A program made the position numbers and the translations under genes. Below are positions 20,387 through 29,596 of a stretch of DNA of 64,000 nt, one piece after another. Below the pieces are notes generated by a model. That model saw only the letters and a program-made list of their open reading frames with translations, did no database searches and was not told the DNA's origin. Origin of the DNA: an uncultured Clostridia bacterium (GTDB taxonomy: Bacteria > Aerophobota > Aerophobia > Aerophobales > AE-B3A); assembly GCA_964543295.1 (NCBI GenBank), contig CAZIXA010000009.1:6025-70024 (forward strand), written 5' to 3'. Positions within the stretch are counted from its first letter, which is position 1, and the number at the start of each line of letters is the position of its first letter.

Positions 20387-21694
20387 ATGCTGAATTTACC
20401 TGAGAAATTAGCTAAATTAGAGAAAAAAGGTGAGATCATCAAGGTGGGAATTGTAGGAGTAGGGCAGATGGGAGCAGGAGTAGCAACTGTCATCTCTCGG
20501 ATGAAGGGAATGGATGTTTTAGCTCTTGCCGATATTGATAAGGAAAAGGCTGTAAACATTTTTGAGGAGATAGGGGTTTTGCGAAAAGATATTTTTTGCT
20601 CATCAGATGATCCGGATGAATGCACCAGAGCGCTGGAGAAAGGGATGCGGGTAGTAACTGATAAAGCTCAGGTTATTCCTCTCCTTCCTTCTCTAAATGC
20701 TATAGTTGAGGCTACTGGCATACCTCGGGTGGGTGCAGAAGTTGCTTTTAAGGCCATAAAGAACAAAAAAAACATCATAATGATGAATATAGAAACCGAT
20801 GTTACAGTTGGTTGCATTCTTGCCGAACTCGCTAAAAATGCAGGTGTAGTCTATTCAGTAGGAGCAGGAGATGAACCAGGTGCCATCAAAGAACTTTATG
20901 ATTTTGCTAAATCCCTAGGGTTTAAAATAGTAGCAGCAGGAAAAGGCAAAAACAACCCTCTTGATAAAGAAGCAACACCGGAGAACCTGAAAGATATCGC
21001 CTTAAAAAAAGGGGTGAACCCTAAGATACTGACCGAATTTGTTGATGGTAGTAAAACTATGATTGAGATGACCGCTGTTGCCAATGCTACAGGTCTTGTT
21101 CCTGATGTAAGGGGGATGCATGGCCCAAGATGTGAGTTAAGTGAACTTACCTCTATTTTTACCTTAAAAGAAAAAGGAGGAATTCTCAATGAGGAGAGGG
21201 TGGTTGATTATACTCTTGGCAGGATAGCACCAGGAGTCTTTGTAGTTGTAACTACTGAGAACAAACGTTTGAGAAAAGATCTTGAATACCTTAGGATGGG
21301 CAAGGGTCCTAACTACCTTCTCTATCGCCCCTATCATCTTGCCAGTATAGAGGTTCCTCTTTCTGTAGCAAGAGCGGTTATCTACCAGGAGCCAACTTTA
21401 GTATCTTCAGGAAAACCTGTTGCAGAGACAATTACTGTTGCCAAGAGGGATTTAAGAGTAGGGGAGAGGATAGATGGTATTGGAAAATTTGATATCTATG
21501 GTTCCATTGAAAAGGCATCTGTTGCCCACAAAGAAAATCTTTTACCCCTGGGTCTGGCAGAGGGAGCAGTGCTAAAAACCAATGTAAAAAAAGGTGATTA
21601 CATTACTTGGCACCAGATAGAGCTTGAAAAAAGAAGTGTCTTGTTGAGCTTAAGGAGACTGCAAGATAAGCTCTTTTCCCCGAAGGAAAATTAA
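20387..21694 (+). CDS. homoserine dehydrogenase-like NAD(P) oxidoreductase with C-terminal SAF domain
   Basis: GVGQMG, GDEPG, AGKGKNNP, DGSKTMIEM, YRPYHL, AKRDL..GE.IDGIG. Confidence 0.85.
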   Translation: MLNLPEKLAKLEKKGEIIKVGIVGVGQMGAGVATVISRMKGMDVLALADIDKEKAVNIFEEIGVLRKDIFCSSDDPDECTRALEKGMRVVTDKAQVIPLLPSLNAIVEATGIPRVGAEVAFKAIKNKKNIIMMNIETDVTVGCILAELAKNAGVVYSVGAGDEPGAIKELYDFAKSLGFKIVAAGKGKNNPLDKEATPENLKDIALKKGVNPKILTEFVDGSKTMIEMTAVANATGLVPDVRGMHGPRCELSELTSIFTLKEKGGILNEERVVDYTLGRIAPGVFVVVTTENKRLRKDLEYLRMGKGPNYLLYRPYHLASIEVPLSVARAVIYQEPTLVSSGKPVAETITVAKRDLRVGERIDGIGKFDIYGSIEKASVAHKENLLPLGLAEGAVLKTNVKKGDYITWHQIELEKRSVLLSLRRLQDKLFSPKEN

Positions 21695-21814
21695 AATAAT
21701 GGAGTAAGGGGAGAGTTATATAAGGGGGATATCTTATCGTAAAAGGAGAACTGGAGCTTGACAGAACTATAGAATTAGCTATGGTAAAAAGACCTACTTA
21801 CAAAGGAGTCATCA

Positions 21815-22855
21815 ATGAAGGCCGCAGTTTTAAAGGCAATTGAGGATTTAGAAATTAAGAAAGTCCCCACTCCCCATCCTACACCAGAGGAAATACTTAT
21901 CAGGGTTAGAGCCTGCAGTATATGTGGAACCGATATAAAGGTTTATCATCATGGACACAAGCATATGAGATTTCCTAGGGTTACCGGGCACGAACTCGCA
22001 GGAGAAATTGTGGAATTAGGCCGTAAAGTCAATGGCTACAAAATTGGAGAAAAGGTAGCCGTAGCTCCGGCTATTCCCTGTGGTAGGTGTTTTTACTGTA
22101 GAAGAGGTATGCAGAGTATGTGCCTTAACCTTTCCGCTATAGGCTATCACTATGATGGAGGTTTTGCTGAATTTATGGTGATTCCCGAGAATGCTGTCCA
22201 TAATGGATGCGTGAATCCTATTCCATCAAACCTTTCCTTCGAAGAAGCAGCCTTAGCCGAACCTTTAGCCTGTGCTATAAATGGGCAGGAGCTCTCCAAA
22301 ATTAGCCTGGGTGACACAGTAGTAGTGGTAGGAGGAGGTCCCCTGGGATGCATTCATGTGCAATTGGCCAGGGCAAAAGGAGCAGGCAAAGTTATCCTTC
22401 TAGAACTTTCCCCGCAAAGAATAGAATTTATTAAAAAATTCACTCTCCCCGATGTGGTAATCAACCCCTCTCTGGAGAATGGTATAAAAAGGGTGTTAGA
22501 AGAAACCAAAGGAAGAGGTGCTGATAAAATAATCGTTGCCTGTCCCAGTGGAAGAGCACAGGAAGATTCACTGCAAATGGTGTCTCCCCGTGGTATAGTC
22601 AACTTCTTTGGGGGGCTACCACTGGATGAGCCTTTTATAAAGTTTAATTCCAATCTTGTCCATTACCGGGAATTTTATGTAGTAGGAACCCATGGCTCGG
22701 CTCCTTACCATAACCAGCTTGCTTTATCCCTGCTTTCTCAGAGAAAAGTAAAGGTCAAAGAACTTATCAGTCATCGCTTACCCCTGGAAAAACTGGAAGA
22801 AGGTCTTCATCTTGCCGAAACCCAGAAAGGAATGAAAATACTTATAATGTCTTAA
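21815..22855 (+). CDS. Zn-dependent polyol/sorbitol dehydrogenase-like protein
   Basis: CGTD, GHE, CGRCFYC..C, EPLAC, GGGPLG. Confidence 0.9.
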   Translation: MKAAVLKAIEDLEIKKVPTPHPTPEEILIRVRACSICGTDIKVYHHGHKHMRFPRVTGHELAGEIVELGRKVNGYKIGEKVAVAPAIPCGRCFYCRRGMQSMCLNLSAIGYHYDGGFAEFMVIPENAVHNGCVNPIPSNLSFEEAALAEPLACAINGQELSKISLGDTVVVVGGGPLGCIHVQLARAKGAGKVILLELSPQRIEFIKKFTLPDVVINPSLENGIKRVLEETKGRGADKIIVACPSGRAQEDSLQMVSPRGIVNFFGGLPLDEPFIKFNSNLVHYREFYVVGTHGSAPYHNQLALSLLSQRKVKVKELISHRLPLEKLEEGLHLAETQKGMKILIMS

Positions 22856-22907
22856 CCTCCCCAGCAGAACCATAAGCTTCTAATTTTGTTTTTATCCCTT
22901 CCTCTTT

Positions 22908-23885
22908 TCAAAGAGAACATCGTTTCACTTCCAATTTAATCTCATTATTTTTTATAAACTGCTCTGCCTCAGATCTAGTGAACACCCCGGCTGTACAGCC
23001 GACCTTCCTCACAGCAGATGCTCCCATAGCGCTGGCCAGCCTCAACGTCTCCTTAGGTTCCCAGCCATTTATAACGCCAAAGATAAAACCAGCAGAAAAG
23101 GCATCTCCTCCTCCAGAGGGATCTACCACTTCAACTTCGTATGTAGAGGCTCGGGCGATCTTATCTTTGGTTCTCACAAACGAACCTTCCTTTCCCATTG
23201 TGATAACTACCGTCATCTCATAATTATGCCTGAGTATCTCTTCAGCTTGTCCTCGGGGGTCAACTTGACCTGTGATTAGCCTGGCTTCGTCGGAATTGGG
23301 AAGAAAAAAGTCGGTGAACTTAAGTGCCCTTTTGCACTTGTTTATCCACCTAAGCTCTGTATGAGGAATCACCACATCTAGTACAGTAATTAAACCATTT
23401 AGTTTAGCAAATTTCAAAAGTTTGATTAAAGAATCTTCCTCCAGTTCAGGAAGAACCCCATATCCTCCCACATAGAGAATCTTTCCTTGACTAAGATAGT
23501 CAAAATCAATATCGTTGATATTAAAATTAGCATTGGCGCCTAGAGTATGAATAAACCTTCTATCCTCTGAATGGGTGAGAATAATCATGGTCTTAGAGGT
23601 TCCGAGTTTATGAGACACCGCAATTTTTGAGATATCCACTCCTTCCTTCCTTAAGTCCTCCTTAAGAAAATCGCCGAAATGGTCATGGCCCACTTTTCCT
23701 AGCGCCCCGGTCTTTAATCCCAACCTGGCTAAGCTCACAGCCGTGTTGTGAGCATGTCCACCCCCGGAGAGGGAAATCTCATCGGTAGATATTAGCTCGC
23801 CAGGCTCAGGTACCTTATCAATAGGGCTGCAAAGAATATCCACTACCAGGATACCCAGGCACACCACCTCGATCTTCTCACTCAT
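22908..23885 (-). CDS. PfkB-family carbohydrate kinase
   Basis: GGHAHNTAVSLARLG, DPSGGGDAFSAG. Confidence 0.9.
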   Translation of the reverse strand: MSEKIEVVCLGILVVDILCSPIDKVPEPGELISTDEISLSGGGHAHNTAVSLARLGLKTGALGKVGHDHFGDFLKEDLRKEGVDISKIAVSHKLGTSKTMIILTHSEDRRFIHTLGANANFNINDIDFDYLSQGKILYVGGYGVLPELEEDSLIKLLKFAKLNGLITVLDVVIPHTELRWINKCKRALKFTDFFLPNSDEARLITGQVDPRGQAEEILRHNYEMTVVITMGKEGSFVRTKDKIARASTYEVEVVDPSGGGDAFSAGFIFGVINGWEPKETLRLASAMGASAVRKVGCTAGVFTRSEAEQFIKNNEIKLEVKRCSL

Positions 23886-24123
23886 TTTTTAATCTTCTTC
23901 ACCTTCCTTCGCGTGGTCTATAGAGGTAACTAGTTTAGTTTTTCTGAAATTTTTCTCTTTTCTGCCACTAGTAAGCATTCAGCCATCAGCATTCAGTAAG
24001 TTGCTGATTGCTGAACACTTTTGAATATGTAATCTTTTAGAAAATCTTACCTATTACATTTTCTTTATATCACAGGTTTGCAGTACTGTCAAAGAATGCA
24101 AAACACCAAAATCCCCATTTGAG

Positions 24124-24177
24124 GTAGCCGCAACCTTTAGGTTGCGCTATTTTACGCAGGCTAGAGCCTGTGGCTAC
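24124..24177. repeat. GTAG-type REP doublet (REPIN)
   Basis: GTAGCCGCAACCTTTAGGTTGCG followed by the inverted copy CGCAGGCTAGAGCCTGTGGCTAC. Confidence 0.75.
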
Positions 24178-24278
24178 CTACCAATTTTTTTCGTGCAAAA
24201 GTTAGCTATCCTCAAGCTCTTGCTATGGTAGATGATTTTGATATAATCTAATGGTATAAAACTACTCTGGGGTCAAAA

Positions 24279-25802
24279 ATGTCTTTCGTTCTGGGAATAG
24301 ATCTAGGGACCTCCAGCGTGAAAGCTATTTTAGTAAGCGAAGGAGGAGAGATTATTGCCAGCTCATCTCAAGGATATCCTATTTATTCTCCTCATCCTAC
24401 CTGGGCCGAACAGGACCCAGAGGAATGGTGGGAATCTACTATTAAAGCAGTAAGAAAAGCTGTCCATCAATCCCATATAAGGCCTTCCCAAATAAAAGCA
24501 GTGGGACTCTCGGGACAAACTCACGGGACAGTATTAGTCGGAAAAAGTCTTCTTCCTTTGAGAAAAGCCATCATCTGGATGGATCAAAGAAGCATTGCTC
24601 AGACCCAATGGCTTCAAGAGAGACTAGGAAAAAGATTATGGCGGATAACCGGCCTTCCCATAGCCACTGGCTTTATGGCTCCTTCTCTTCTCTGGATCAG
24701 AAAAAATGAACCTGGCATCTGGAAAAAAATTCACCAATTCCTTCCCCCCAAGGATTATATAAGACTAAAGCTAACGGGGAATTTAGCCAGCGACGTCACC
24801 GATGCCGGCGGAACACTTCTTTTGGATACCGGGAAGAGAAAGTGGTCGCCAGAGATACTCCAGAAACTAGAAATTCCTGCTAGCTTCGCTCCCCCCCTTT
24901 GTGAATCCTGCCAGGTTACCGGGAAGATCACCAAAAACGCAGCCAAAGAGATCTCTTTAAAAGAAGGTACCCCCGTGAGTGGTGGAGGAGCGGATCAGAT
25001 AATGGGAGCGGTAGGCAATGGTATAGTTGAAACCGGAAGGGTAGCCTGCAGTATTGGAACGGGAGGATTAGTGGTAACCCCTATGGATCATCCTCAATTG
25101 GCTCCTGATGTAGGCTTGCATACTATTCCTCACGCAATACCCGGAAAATGGATTCTCATGGGAGCAATTCTCTCTGGAGGATCCAGCTTGAGCTGGTTTC
25201 ATAGGCAAGTGATTTCGGGAGAAGAAAAAAATCTTAAAAGTGAAAGTTCCTATCAGTTTCTAGTCCGACAAGTTTTACCGAGCCCTGCTGCTTCGAAGGG
25301 CTTAATATTCCTTCCCTATTTGAAAGGTGAGCGAACCCCTTATCTTGATCCTCAAGCAAGGGGAGCATTCATAGGCCTTAGCCTTCAACATAACAGAAGA
25401 GATTTAACTCGAGCTATAATGGAAGGAGTAGTTTTTGCTCTAAAGGGGTCTTTGGAAATATTCAAAGGGTTAGGAATTGAAATATCCAGCGTAACCGCCT
25501 GGGGAGGAGGAGCAAGAAATAAACTCTGGCGGCAGATTCAGGCAGATATATTCAACCTACCCATCCTCATTTCTCCCACCCAGGAAGGATCTGCTTATGG
25601 TGCCACCATAACAGCGGCGGTAAGCATAGGAATTTTCTCCACTATAAAAGAAGCTTCTAGACAATGGATAAAGATAAAAGGTGAAGTCTTGCCCATTCCC
25701 GCGAATGTGGCGGTATATAACAAAGCCTACCTGATTCACCGGGGTTTATACTCTAAACTAAAACATGACTTTCATACTCTTTCCAAATTAGAAAACGTCT
25801 GA
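24279..25802 (+). CDS. xylB: xylulokinase
   Basis: GIDLGTSSVK, SGQTHG, PKDYIR, GGADQ, PYLKGERTP, GGGARN.LWRQ. Confidence 0.85.
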   Translation: MSFVLGIDLGTSSVKAILVSEGGEIIASSSQGYPIYSPHPTWAEQDPEEWWESTIKAVRKAVHQSHIRPSQIKAVGLSGQTHGTVLVGKSLLPLRKAIIWMDQRSIAQTQWLQERLGKRLWRITGLPIATGFMAPSLLWIRKNEPGIWKKIHQFLPPKDYIRLKLTGNLASDVTDAGGTLLLDTGKRKWSPEILQKLEIPASFAPPLCESCQVTGKITKNAAKEISLKEGTPVSGGGADQIMGAVGNGIVETGRVACSIGTGGLVVTPMDHPQLAPDVGLHTIPHAIPGKWILMGAILSGGSSLSWFHRQVISGEEKNLKSESSYQFLVRQVLPSPAASKGLIFLPYLKGERTPYLDPQARGAFIGLSLQHNRRDLTRAIMEGVVFALKGSLEIFKGLGIEISSVTAWGGGARNKLWRQIQADIFNLPILISPTQEGSAYGATITAAVSIGIFSTIKEASRQWIKIKGEVLPIPANVAVYNKAYLIHRGLYSKLKHDFHTLSKLENV

Positions 25803-25846
25803 AAACATCCACCTTAATTTTATCTTCTTGGTGTGAAGGACATAAA

Positions 25847-27025
25847 TCATTTTTCCTTCGCTTCTACCTCAACCCATCTTTCCTCTTTGACTGACTTTTC
25901 CACCGCCTCCAGAACTCTCTGGCATTCAACTCCATCGGCGAAATTGGGTGTGGGCATCCTATCTTCATCCAGGGCTTTCATAAAATCATAGACTACGTGA
26001 ACAAAGGTATGTTCATACCCGATGATGTGTCCCGGTGGCCACCAGGCTTCTATATAAGGATGAGCAGCTTCGCTAACCAAAATTTTCCTAAACCCCTGCA
26101 TCCCATCAGGGTCATCACAGGAATAGAACCAGAGCTCATTCATATTCTCAAGCTCAAATAATAGGCTCCCCTTACTCCCATTTATCTCAAATCTCAAGCC
26201 ATTCCGCCGGCCATTGGCAAATCTAGTTACTTCAAAACAGCCCAACGCTCCGCTTTTAAATCTGGCCAAAAAAAGAGTAGCATCGTCAACCGTGACTTCT
26301 CCCAGTTTACCTCTTCTTGACTTTGCAGTAAGGCCAGTGGTAAGCTCCTCGCTCACTTCAAGCTCTGGTCTCTTCTTGATAAATGTCTCCTGCATCCCGA
26401 CGACTTTAGCAAAATCTCCCACCAGATACCGGGCTAAATCTATTATATGGGAATTTAAATCACCGTGAGCCCCGGCTCCTGCTTCTTCTTTTTTAAATCG
26501 CCAGACCAAAGGAAACTCCGGATCAGTGACCCAATCCTGCAGGTACTGAGCCCTGAAATGATAGATTTTACCCAGGTGTCCTTCTCCAATCAGTTTTTTA
26601 GCCAGACCGACAGCGGGAACTTTTCTATAATTAAAGCAAACCATATGTTTTACCCCGGCTCCCTGGGCTGCCTTTAGCATCTCCTCAGCCTCGGCTAAAC
26701 TTACCGCTAGCGGCTTCTCGCAGAGGATATGTTTTCCAGCTTTAGCTGCAGCCACGGCAATTTCCCTATGACTTGAGTTAGGGGTATTGATATCAACCAG
26801 ACCAATGTCTTGGCGCTGGAGGAGTTTTTCCCAGGATGTTTCGTAAGTTTCCCAGCCAAACCTTCTGGCAGCCTCGGAAACGGCAGTTTCTGTTCGACCG
26901 CAGATTGCTTTCATTACCGGTATTGTCTCGGTTTTAAAGAACATAGCCACATCTCGGTAAGCATGTGAATGAGCCTTGCCCATAAACTTATAACCCACCA
27001 TCCCCACATTGATCTTTTTTGCCAT
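25847..27025 (-). CDS. Gfo/Idh/MocA oxidoreductase
   Basis: GYKFMGKAH, CEKP, YLQDW, WWPPGH.IGYEH. Confidence 0.9.
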   Translation of the reverse strand: MAKKINVGMVGYKFMGKAHSHAYRDVAMFFKTETIPVMKAICGRTETAVSEAARRFGWETYETSWEKLLQRQDIGLVDINTPNSSHREIAVAAAKAGKHILCEKPLAVSLAEAEEMLKAAQGAGVKHMVCFNYRKVPAVGLAKKLIGEGHLGKIYHFRAQYLQDWVTDPEFPLVWRFKKEEAGAGAHGDLNSHIIDLARYLVGDFAKVVGMQETFIKKRPELEVSEELTTGLTAKSRRGKLGEVTVDDATLFLARFKSGALGCFEVTRFANGRRNGLRFEINGSKGSLLFELENMNELWFYSCDDPDGMQGFRKILVSEAAHPYIEAWWPPGHIIGYEHTFVHVVYDFMKALDEDRMPTPNFADGVECQRVLEAVEKSVKEERWVEVEAKEK

Positions 27026-27475
27026 AAAACACCTCTTTTATTTTTTAAATTAGCCATCAAATTTTAAATGTTTTAGAGTTAGTGACTTCGACCTTTGTCC
27101 TAGTTTAACCTTCCCATGAGTGTTTGTCAATATGAATAAAACATTAAATAAAAAAGAGGACACAGTGTCGTCAATCTACAATATAGAATGTAGTGAAAAT
27201 AAGGATTCTAGTTTAGAGGAAAGTAGTCAATGTCGCATTTTTACACAGAAGGCGACAAATCACAAAGAGACTTTTTTACGGAGAGCAAGATAGGCTCTTG
27301 CTCTCCTGTGGTTTTTACCATAGACCATAAGGGGAAGTTAAATTTCGACTCCTTGGTTCAGAAGGCCCACCTAATTTGACGGCCACAGTTGGCCCAAGTC
27401 CTCCTTGGAAAACTGCCGTCCCCAGCTTAGGCTTTTCCCCATAGAGTTGAACCAGACCAGTCCCCATCACACTAA

Positions 27476-28285
27476 TTATTTATCTCCATTTATTGGAATT
27501 GTGAAATAGAAGGTAGAATTTTTCCCTAGTTCCGACTCAACCCAGATGCGTCCCCCGTGGCGTTCCACAATTCTTTCGCAGATGGCAAGACCAATGCCAT
27601 TACCTGGATATTCCTTCCTGCTGTGCAGACGCTGAAAGATGACGAAGATGCGCTCGTAGTACTCTGAAACTATGCCGATACCATTGTCACGCACTGAGAA
27701 AATCCACTCATTCCCCTTCTGTTCAGCCGAGATGTGAATGTGGGGCGGTTCCCCGTTCCGGTACTTGATGGCATTACCGATCAGTTTTTCAAATAACTGA
27801 ACCAGCTGTGAGGCATCCACCATTACAGTAGGCAAAATCCCATGAGTAATAACAGCGCCACTTTTCTCGATCCTCGCCCGTCGATTGGTGAGTGCTTGGC
27901 CAAGAACAGCCTCGCAACCCGTTGGTTTGAAAGGTTTACCCTGCCTACCTACGCGTGAGTAGGCTCGTAAGCCATTAATTAACTTCTGCATCCAGGTTGC
28001 TCCGTCCATGATGTAGCCGATGAACTCATCGGCATCCGCATCGAGTTTACCTTTGTAGCGTTGGGCAACAAGTTGTGTGTACCTTGCCACTATACGTAGG
28101 GGTTCCTCTAAGGCACGGGAGGTCACATAGGCGAACTGTTCCAATCCGGCACTAGAATGCCTTAATTCTTCAGTGGCAGCCTGAAGTTCCTCGTTCTCTA
28201 TGTTTTCCCGGCCTGCTTTGTTTTTCTCCTTTTTCTCTTTAACTGTAATGTTTACGGCCTTAGGATCCTTGTATTCTATCTTCAT
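27476..28285 (-). CDS. sensor-less histidine kinase-like protein lacking the phospho-acceptor His (possible pseudogene)
   Basis: H-box reads [14 protein letters not shown] instead of the SHDL pattern; NAIKY, DNGIG and GIGLAIC boxes present. Confidence 0.75.
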   Translation of the reverse strand: MKIEYKDPKAVNITVKEKKEKNKAGRENIENEELQAATEELRHSSAGLEQFAYVTSRALEEPLRIVARYTQLVAQRYKGKLDADADEFIGYIMDGATWMQKLINGLRAYSRVGRQGKPFKPTGCEAVLGQALTNRRARIEKSGAVITHGILPTVMVDASQLVQLFEKLIGNAIKYRNGEPPHIHISAEQKGNEWIFSVRDNGIGIVSEYYERIFVIFQRLHSRKEYPGNGIGLAICERIVERHGGRIWVESELGKNSTFYFTIPINGDK

Positions 28286-28538
28286 ATAATATCCTTTGTG
28301 TTTTCAGGTAGTACCAACAATACTTTGTTTCTTTTTATAAGTCTTAAAGATTCACTTTTTCCACCAATGTAACGGTGTTCAAATCTTTAAAATCTCTACT
28401 ACAGGAGGAAAATCAACTCCGACTCTACTTTTGCTTGTTAATCGGCTAAATGATCATAAGCAGTAAACATTATGTTAAAGGACGAGTCCTTAGACTCGCC
28501 CTAGAAAGAATAATCCTCTATTTAGCTAATTCGTCTAG

Positions 28539-28574
28539 AGCAGTTGGGGACCTAACCCGGGGTCCCCAACTGCT
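28539..28574 (-). terminator. 14-bp perfect hairpin after the small ORF
   Basis: AGCAGTTGGGGACC-N8-GGTCCCCAACTGCT; no clear U-tract. Confidence 0.55.
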
Positions 28575-28587
28575 AGCTTACAGTGCG

Positions 28588-28662
28588 TTACTTCTTGCAG
28601 CCTTCCTTTTCCTTTCCCTTTTTCTCTTTCTGTTTCTTTTCCTTTTTCTCTTTCTTTTCCAT
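28588..28662 (-). CDS. 24-aa Lys/Glu-rich small protein MEKKEKKEKKQKEKKGKEKEGCKK
   Basis: ATG..TAA preceded by AAAGGAGGTGA and followed by a hairpin; too short for the ORF track. Confidence 0.6.
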   Translation of the reverse strand: MEKKEKKEKKQKEKKGKEKEGCKK

Positions 28663-28687
28663 AATTACCTCACCTCCTTTGGTCTCC

Positions 28688-29030
28688 CTATAATTTTACA
28701 GGAGACCCTGAGGAAATTTTGGACACAATCCCATGTAAAAACGTCTCAGTGACAGACTCTGCTTTGTCCACAAAAGATCCTTTTCTTTCATTAATTATCC
28801 AATGGGAAATAAAACCAATAATGATCCCATGCAGAACATCAGCTTGATTCATAGGATTAAATGGCCGGAAATCGTTACTTTCCCCACATCAGCTTCTTCA
28901 GTAATTTCATCAAGACTCGCTCTAAAGAAGCCTTTTTGAGAAAAAACTTTATAGGAAGCCCGAATAAGTTTATAAGGGTATTAATTTTTCTTCGGCCTTC
29001 AGTCATTTGATGAAAGACCCCTTCCCTCAT
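28688..29030 (-). pseudogene. TetR-family regulator remnant (frameshifted, internally deleted)
   Basis: LIRASYKVFSQKGFFRASLDEITEEADVGKVTI HTH, then ADVLHGIIIGFISHW...TETFLHGI in another frame. Confidence 0.75.
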
Positions 29031-29031
29031 T

Positions 29032-29114
29032 TTGACTAAATAGTCAAGATTGACTGTATAGCCATAGTCGACTAGTTAGTCAAATAATTATAATCATTTT
29101 TTAGAAAATGTCAA
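29032..29114 (-). promoter_or_regulatory. consensus promoter with TetR-type palindromic operators
   Basis: TTGACA-N16-TATAAT on minus (29114-29087); TTGACTAAATAGTCAA at 29032-29047 and TCGACTAGTTAGTCAA at 29068-29083. Confidence 0.7.
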
Positions 29115-29271
29115 GGACATCAAGAACTTGCCCTGGCGGACATCAGAAGCTCCTCCGGTGATCTTAAGAATTAGATTGATGGGTTCTCGGGTAGGTTTTA
29201 TGTGGGTGAGAATGAAGACGAATTAGAGAGCATCCCTGTAGATCATAGATGCTTTAGGGATCTATTCGAGG

Positions 29272-29568
29272 TCAAAGGAGATCTTGAGGCAAAAGGTTTT
29301 GAACCGCCCTCAGGACCCCTTGCTCTGAATCATCAATGAAAACTTTGTTGCTAAGTATTGCCCTCCAGGCAATTATCCTCACCAGATAACTTATCCATAA
29401 AGGGGTTATTATCAACATAAAAAGTAAATGTCTTCCCTTTCTTATCTTTCTCGAAATATAGTAAGCCAAGGGGTAGCTGGCGAGAATGGCCAGAGTCGAT
29501 GCAATCAAAGCTATCCTACCGCTCCTTAAAAGTATCTTGACATACGATGGCTTCTTTAAAATCTCCAA
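29272..29568 (-). pseudogene. ABC transporter permease fragment (PotB-like)
   Basis: LASYPLAYYI, PLWISYLVRIIAW; truncated. Confidence 0.75.
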
Positions 29569-29596
29569 ATAGTTGGAAAGAGTTAAAATATTTGAC

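Noticed and set aside
27280-27475. Possible structured ncRNA
   Set aside because: Only a terminator-like hairpin (GGAGAGCAAGA/TCTTGCTCTCC) is evident; no recognisable RNA family motif
28450-28752. 100-aa plus-strand ORF with an LFLFLF run
   Set aside because: Antisense shadow of the Lys/Glu-rich minus-strand ORF, which has the RBS
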